IMG/VR virus record: IMGVR_UViG_3300042339_000806
Length of the DNA stretch: 48,709 nucleotides
Direction: 5' to 3' (one strand)
Source of the DNA: a virus
Lineage: Duplodnaviria > Heunggongvirae > Uroviricota > Caudoviricetes
This document shows, piece after piece, positions 43,477 through 48,709 of this stretch (its first letter is position 1; the number at the start of each line of letters is the position of its first letter). Below the pieces are notes generated by a model. That model had not been told where the DNA came from. It made no database searches and saw only the letters and a list, made by a program, of their open reading frames with translations. A program made the position numbers and the translations under genes.

Positions 43477-44454
43477 ATGAGTCTAAAAGACGAACGCATA
43501 GTTTATAAACCATTTGAATACCCACAAGCACACGATTACTGGCTTAAAGCGCACCAAGCGCACTGGTTACATACAGAAGTTCCAATGTCACAAGACGTAA
43601 CAGATTGGAATTCAAACCTTAAACCGCACGAAAAAAACCTTATAGGAGGAATCCTAAAAGGCTTTGCTCAAACAGAAACAGTTGTAAATGATTACTGGAC
43701 ATCTTTAGTAACAAAATGGTTTAGAAAACCAGAAGTTATTATGATGGCAGTTACTTTTGGAGCTTTCGAAACAATCCATGCTGAAGCATATGCTTTACTA
43801 AACGAACAATTAGGATTAGATAATTTTGCAGAATTCTTAGAAGACGAATCAACTGCAGCTAAAATTCAATCTTTAATGGATGTTAGAGATGGAAATGCAG
43901 GAGAAACAGATTGGCATGAAGCAGCTAGATCTCTAGCAATATTCTCAGCATTTACTGAAGGAGTAAATTTATTCTCTTCTTTTGCAGTATTGTTATCATT
44001 TAAAATGAGAAACAAGCTAAAAGGAGTAGGGCAGATAGTTGAATGGTCTGTAAGAGATGAATCACTTCACTCAGAAGCAGGATGTTGGTTATTCAGAACT
44101 TTAATGGAAGAATATCCAGAATTAAAAACAGAAAGACTTATCAACGATATTAGAGAAGCGGCAACGCTTGCTTTAGAATTAGAATTCAATTTTATTGATA
44201 AAGTATTTGAAATGGGAGATTTAGAAAACTTATCTAAAAACGAACTAAAAAACTTTATTAAACACAGAGTAAATACTAAGATGGGAGATTTAGGATTAAA
44301 ACCATTAATACCTTCAGATCAAATCGATAAAGGAGCTTTAAAACAAATGTTATGGTTTGATGCTGTAGTAGCAGGAAAACAGCATACAGATTTTTTCGCA
44401 TCAAGAGTAACAAATTATGCTAAAGGGCATATGGATTGGGACAACGCATTTTAA
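43477..44454 (+). CDS. nrdB: Ribonucleotide reductase class I beta subunit
   Basis: FETIHAEAY, FTEGVNLFSSF, RDESLH diiron ligands; HTDFF...NY tail. Confidence 0.95.
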   Translation: MSLKDERIVYKPFEYPQAHDYWLKAHQAHWLHTEVPMSQDVTDWNSNLKPHEKNLIGGILKGFAQTETVVNDYWTSLVTKWFRKPEVIMMAVTFGAFETIHAEAYALLNEQLGLDNFAEFLEDESTAAKIQSLMDVRDGNAGETDWHEAARSLAIFSAFTEGVNLFSSFAVLLSFKMRNKLKGVGQIVEWSVRDESLHSEAGCWLFRTLMEEYPELKTERLINDIREAATLALELEFNFIDKVFEMGDLENLSKNELKNFIKHRVNTKMGDLGLKPLIPSDQIDKGALKQMLWFDAVVAGKQHTDFFASRVTNYAKGHMDWDNAF

Positions 44455-44463
44455 TTTAATTTT

Positions 44464-46173
44464 ATGGGAGTAGATTACAGTACCTGGAAACCAGGTGTAG
44501 ATTATCCGGAATGGATGAATGAAGTATCTTTGGCTACAATTTCAAATGGTTATTTATTACCTGATGAAAATCCAAAGAAAGCTTACAAAAGAGTTGCTGA
44601 TGCAGTAGCTAAGAGATTAGATCGTCCTGATCTAGCAAATAAATTTTACAAGTACATGTGGAAGGGTTGGTTAAACCTAGCTTCACCTGTATTATCAAAC
44701 ACTGGAACTGACAAAGGACTTCCAATCTCATGTTTCGGTATAGATACTCCTGATTCAATCAGAGGTATAGGATTAACTAATGCAGAACTAATGAGACTTA
44801 CTTCTTTAGGAGGAGGAGTTGGAATTGGATTAGGAAGAGTTAGAGGAAGAGGAAAGAAGATCGCAAATGGCGATACAGGTAACTCAGAAGGAATTGTGCC
44901 TTGGGCTAAGATCTATGATTCAACTATCATTGCTACAAATCAAGGATCAGTTCGTAGAGGAGCAGCTTCTGTAAACTTAGATATTAATCACGAAGACATA
45001 AAAGAGTTTTTACGTATTAGAAGACCTCAAGGAGATCCAAACCGTCAGTGTTTAAATTTACACCAATGTGTTTCTATTGATGATAAGTTTATGCAGAGAT
45101 TAGAGCATAGAGATCCAGAGGCAATGGAATTATGGGTTGAGATTTTAAAGTCAAGAGTTGAGACAGGAGAGCCTTATCTTATGTTTAAGGATAACGTTAA
45201 CAACGCTAATCCACAGGCATACGTAAAAAACAACTTAGATGTAACAATGACTAATATCTGTTCAGAGATTGCATTACATACTGACGAAGAGCATTCATTT
45301 GTTTGTTGTTTATCTTCTTTGAATATTACAAGATACGATGAGTGGAAAGATACTGACTTAGTTGAAACAGCAATCTATTTCTTAGACGGAGTATTAGAAG
45401 AATTTTTAGTTAAGACAAATGGTAAAGATTCTATGATTAGAGCACACCGTTCTGCTAAAAAAGGAAGAGCATTAGGATTAGGAGTATTAGGATGGCATTC
45501 ATTCTTACAATCAAAAGGATTACCATTTAATTCAATCGCATCTACTTCTTGGACAAATAGAATATTTGCACAGATTAAAACACAAGCAGAAGCAGCTTCT
45601 AGAAAATTAGCTGAAGAGTATGGTGAACCAATCTGGTGTAAAGGAACAGGAATGAGAAATACGCATTTAATTGCTATTGCTCCAACAGTATCCAATTCAA
45701 CAATCTCAGGAGGAGTATCAGCAGGTATTGAACCAATTCCAGCAAACGTTTATACTTTTAATTCATCTAAAGGAACTTTTATTAGAAAGAATCCAGTATT
45801 AGAAAAGTATTTAGAAGACAAAGGACATAATACAGAAGAGGTATGGCAACAAATTTTAAAAGATAGAGGATCAATTGCAAATCTACCTGAAGACATTATG
45901 CCGTTTGACGATAAAGAAGTATTCTTAACATTTGCAGAAATAAATCAATTGGCTTTAGTAGAACAGGCTTCAGTAAGACAGAAGTATGTTGACCAGGCTC
46001 AATCATTAAACTTAGCATTCGATCCGGGAGATAGTCCTAAATTTATAAACCTTGTTCACCAGACAGCTTGGAAACTTGGATTAAAAACGTTATATTATCT
46101 AAGAACCGATTCTGTCATAAACGGAGATATTGGAAGTAGAACTTCTGAAGACTGTTTAAGCTGTGATGGATAA
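44464..46173 (+). CDS. nrdA: Ribonucleotide reductase class I alpha subunit (short, no evident ATP-cone)
   Basis: PISCF, GGGVG, RRGA, TNICSEI, IAIAPT, GIEP, DQAQSLN, LKTLYY, C-terminal CLSCDG. Confidence 0.95.
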   Translation: MGVDYSTWKPGVDYPEWMNEVSLATISNGYLLPDENPKKAYKRVADAVAKRLDRPDLANKFYKYMWKGWLNLASPVLSNTGTDKGLPISCFGIDTPDSIRGIGLTNAELMRLTSLGGGVGIGLGRVRGRGKKIANGDTGNSEGIVPWAKIYDSTIIATNQGSVRRGAASVNLDINHEDIKEFLRIRRPQGDPNRQCLNLHQCVSIDDKFMQRLEHRDPEAMELWVEILKSRVETGEPYLMFKDNVNNANPQAYVKNNLDVTMTNICSEIALHTDEEHSFVCCLSSLNITRYDEWKDTDLVETAIYFLDGVLEEFLVKTNGKDSMIRAHRSAKKGRALGLGVLGWHSFLQSKGLPFNSIASTSWTNRIFAQIKTQAEAASRKLAEEYGEPIWCKGTGMRNTHLIAIAPTVSNSTISGGVSAGIEPIPANVYTFNSSKGTFIRKNPVLEKYLEDKGHNTEEVWQQILKDRGSIANLPEDIMPFDDKEVFLTFAEINQLALVEQASVRQKYVDQAQSLNLAFDPGDSPKFINLVHQTAWKLGLKTLYYLRTDSVINGDIGSRTSEDCLSCDG

Positions 46174-46184
46174 AAAATAAAAAT

Positions 46185-46640
46185 ATGACACTATTAATTA
46201 TTTCACTATTTCTAGCAGTTGTAATTTTTCTACTAACAGTAAAGCTAAAAGACTATGTAGAAGAAGTAGCGCAATTGAGAAAACAAATTGAAGAAACAGC
46301 TGCAGCTCATATAATTGAGAAAGCAAAAGTAAAAAAAGATTCAACATTTAGATCTTCAGCAGTTAACTGGGGTAAAACAATTGAACACTTTGTTCCGTTT
46401 ATGACAAAGTTCCCTATACCGGCAGAAGATGTAGTATTCCTAGGAATGCCAATCGACTATGTAGGGTTTACTAACACAGAGAGTAAAACCAAATGTGAGG
46501 TACATTTCATTGAAGTAAAATCAGGAAATGCATTTTTAATGGGAAAACAAAAGAATATTAAAAAAGCAATTCAAGAAGGAAGAGTTCACTGGCATGAAAT
46601 TGCAGTAGATGGAAACCGAGTAGAGATCACGGAAGAATAG
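46185..46640 (+). CDS. Holliday-junction-resolvase-like PD-(D/E)xK endonuclease with N-terminal hydrophobic helix
   Basis: GKTIEHFVPF, FLGMPIDYVGF, FIEVKSG, QKNIKKAIQEGRV. Confidence 0.75.
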   Translation: MTLLIISLFLAVVIFLLTVKLKDYVEEVAQLRKQIEETAAAHIIEKAKVKKDSTFRSSAVNWGKTIEHFVPFMTKFPIPAEDVVFLGMPIDYVGFTNTESKTKCEVHFIEVKSGNAFLMGKQKNIKKAIQEGRVHWHEIAVDGNRVEITEE

Positions 46641-46641
46641 C

Positions 46642-46649
46642 TATTTATA
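46642..46649 (+). promoter_or_regulatory. TATTTATA motif
   Basis: Exact copy, 4 nt before ATG 46654 (31 nt before alternative ATG 46681). Confidence 0.5.
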
Positions 46650-46653
46650 TGAA

Positions 46654-47652
46654 ATGAATATATTAGCCAAAATAGTAAAAATGTTATACCCTCTACTAAT
46701 ACTAGGGGGTATTTTATCTACGTACGGTCAAACCTTTACGCACTCTGGTTATATCTATGGATCAAACGCTACAGGTATACAAGGAGTACAGGTGCAGTTA
46801 TATAGTAGAACAACACCTACTTTAACAGGATTTACAAACCAGCAAAATTATAACGGACATTCCTATTATAGATCAACAAGTTCAATGACATGGACAGCTG
46901 CAAGACAGGCTTGTGCTAATATGGGAGGATATTTAGTAACTGTAACTACAGCAGCTGAAAATAACTTTATATTTAACTTATGGTCTGATGGATGGATAGG
47001 ATTAACAGATGAAGTAGTAGAAGGCCAATGGAGATGGGTAACAGGAGAGCCGTACACTTGGGGAAACTGGAACTCAGGAGAACCTAATAATTCAAATAAT
47101 GAAGATTATACTCAATTTGTAGGAAACGGTAAATGGAATGATTTACCAAATACATCTTTACCGTATGTATTAGAATTTGACTATATAGTGACTTTTACAC
47201 CCTGGACTTTGGTAACAACAGCAACAACAGATGTAACAGGGAGATATGTATTTTCAACACCAACAAATCCTTCTGTAGAATATTACATAACTTTTACTCC
47301 TCCAACCCTACCTACATTGCAAATAAGTGATGCACAGATTTCAAACACTGTAACTCTAGGATCACTGGCTTTAAAGAGTAGAGACTATTTTAGATTTGAT
47401 GTTAATAATGATGGTAGAGTAACAATATCAGATACTTATTCAATATTTGCTAGAAGAAACGGAATATTTACATCCTTTCCAGCATCCCCTCCAGACAGTA
47501 GAATATTTACAACAACTCAATGGAGTACAATTAATGCAAGTACAACAAACCTGAAAGCAACATTTCCAGGGGTACAGACAATTACAATTAATACACCTGT
47601 ATCGGGTGGAGTTTCTTCTTACTATATTACTAGACTAGGGTATAGCAACTAA
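46654..47652 (+). CDS. Secreted C-type lectin domain protein with C-terminal dockerin-like module
   Basis: Signal peptide ...STYG|Q; CTLD 46849-47178 with WIGL, EPN (47080) and WND (47134); DVNNDGRVTISD loop at 47398-47433. Confidence 0.8.
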   Translation: MNILAKIVKMLYPLLILGGILSTYGQTFTHSGYIYGSNATGIQGVQVQLYSRTTPTLTGFTNQQNYNGHSYYRSTSSMTWTAARQACANMGGYLVTVTTAAENNFIFNLWSDGWIGLTDEVVEGQWRWVTGEPYTWGNWNSGEPNNSNNEDYTQFVGNGKWNDLPNTSLPYVLEFDYIVTFTPWTLVTTATTDVTGRYVFSTPTNPSVEYYITFTPPTLPTLQISDAQISNTVTLGSLALKSRDYFRFDVNNDGRVTISDTYSIFARRNGIFTSFPASPPDSRIFTTTQWSTINASTTNLKATFPGVQTITINTPVSGGVSSYYITRLGYSN

Positions 47653-47661
47653 AATCAGTAC

Positions 47662-47669
47662 TATTTATA
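47662..47669 (+). promoter_or_regulatory. TATTTATA motif
   Basis: Exact copy, 61 nt before ATG 47731. Confidence 0.5.
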
Positions 47670-47730
47670 AAAGGTATGAGAGTGCATAAGCACCCGGTTG
47701 TGAAATAAAAATAACTTAAAAACAAAAGAA

Positions 47731-48708
47731 ATGAAAAAATTACTTTTAGTATTGAGTTTAGTTTTAGTATCATTAACAGGATTTGCACAAACTATCGCAC
47801 CTGATGCTACTAAGCCTTACTTAATATTTGACGCTAGTTACAACCTGGCACCACTTGGAGCAACACCTACAAACGTTGCAATTTATTATGATAATGCTGG
47901 TTCTACAGCTATCAAAGCAGTACAGTACAGATTTTGGTACGACAAAAACGTATTTGCTTCTCCTACAGTGACTTACACTGGAACTGAAGCAAACAATTAT
48001 TTCCAAACATTAGTAAATGCTACTGAAGGAAATGTAACAGTTACATGGGTTTACACAGGAGCAGATGCTGCTTTCAATATTGCTGACGGAGCAATGTTCA
48101 ACGTAGCTTTACCATTTAAAGCAGGTTATACAAACGGTGCAGTAACAGCAATGGCGTTTACAGGAGCGACAGCTTACCCGGCTTACGGTACTCTAGCAAA
48201 TGGAACTGATACTACACTAGGATTACATAATTACGGAGGAGCGTTCACAGAACCAGTATTTAACTATGCTGCTACATTCTTAAATGATCCAACCAACCCA
48301 GCTTCAGACGTTCCAGTAATATTACAAAAATCTTCAAACGGAACAACTTGGGTAGATGTAATGACAGTTAATACAGCAACTACAACAGGAGTAGCATCAT
48401 TCACAACTAACTTAGATCAAAACTACTGGCAAATTAGAGTAAAAGTAGCACCAGGATTAACAGCACCAGGAGCATTAGCAGCAGCAGATGCAAATATGAT
48501 TGCTCAAATCGCTACAGGAATACAAGCTCCAACTGGAACTCAATTCTATACTGCTAACCCTAACCAAGCAAATGGAATAACAATTTCAGATTCATATACA
48601 GTATTCTCTAGATTGGCTCAAGGTTTATCAGTTTACCCAAACACACCTGATTTACTATTCTTTACAGAAGCTCAATACAACACTATTGCAGCAGCTACAA
48701 CAGATCAG
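47731..48708 (+). CDS. Secreted cohesin-like + dockerin-like protein (partial, runs off right edge; absent from the ORF track)
   Basis: Hand-translated 326 open codons: MKKLLLVLSLVLVSLTGFA|QTIAP...; cohesin pattern VAIYYDN..IKAVQYRFWYD..GNVTVTW..DGAMFNVALPFK; later segment aligns with the dockerin-like module of the previous gene. Confidence 0.8.
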   Translation, partial: MKKLLLVLSLVLVSLTGFAQTIAPDATKPYLIFDASYNLAPLGATPTNVAIYYDNAGSTAIKAVQYRFWYDKNVFASPTVTYTGTEANNYFQTLVNATEGNVTVTWVYTGADAAFNIADGAMFNVALPFKAGYTNGAVTAMAFTGATAYPAYGTLANGTDTTLGLHNYGGAFTEPVFNYAATFLNDPTNPASDVPVILQKSSNGTTWVDVMTVNTATTTGVASFTTNLDQNYWQIRVKVAPGLTAPGALAAADANMIAQIATGIQAPTGTQFYTANPNQANGITISDSYTVFSRLAQGLSVYPNTPDLLFFTEAQYNTIAAATTDQ

Positions 48709-48709
48709 T

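Overview
A 48.7-kb segment of a large contractile-tailed (myovirus) phage genome with distantly T4-like morphogenesis genes. All credible genes are on the + strand and read in the standard code. Gene order: end of a scaffold gene, major capsid protein, PhoH, neck and tail-terminator genes, a ~16-kb fibre/adhesin cluster (7.2-23.7 kb), sheath, tube, tail chaperone, tape measure, baseplate genes (hub with a fused M15 peptidase), a replication block, then two secreted proteins. The fibre cluster holds Pro-poor Gly-X-Thr/Ser collagen fibres, a fibrinogen-like protein, two LamG proteins, an S74 fibre, a glycosyltransferase and small chaperone-like genes. The replication block is a short family A polymerase, gp32-like SSB, UvsX/RecA, 5'-3' exonuclease, DnaB-like helicase, nrdB-nrdA and a Holliday-junction-resolvase-like nuclease. 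A Bacteroidota host is inferred from A-rich leaders without Shine-Dalgarno sites, TTG-N20-TANNTT promoters and Gln at +1 after signal peptides. Top leads: (1) a tandem pair of signal-peptide proteins combining C-type lectin, cohesin-like and dockerin-like modules; (2) a probable +1 programmed frameshift at AGC_UUU_CUU_UGG in the tail chaperone gene; (3) a glycosyltransferase next to Thr/Ser-rich collagen fibres; (4) two promoter classes, one being TATTTATA; (5) a GC-rich structured leader before the giant fibre gene. All family assignments come from recognising motifs by eye, not from database searches.
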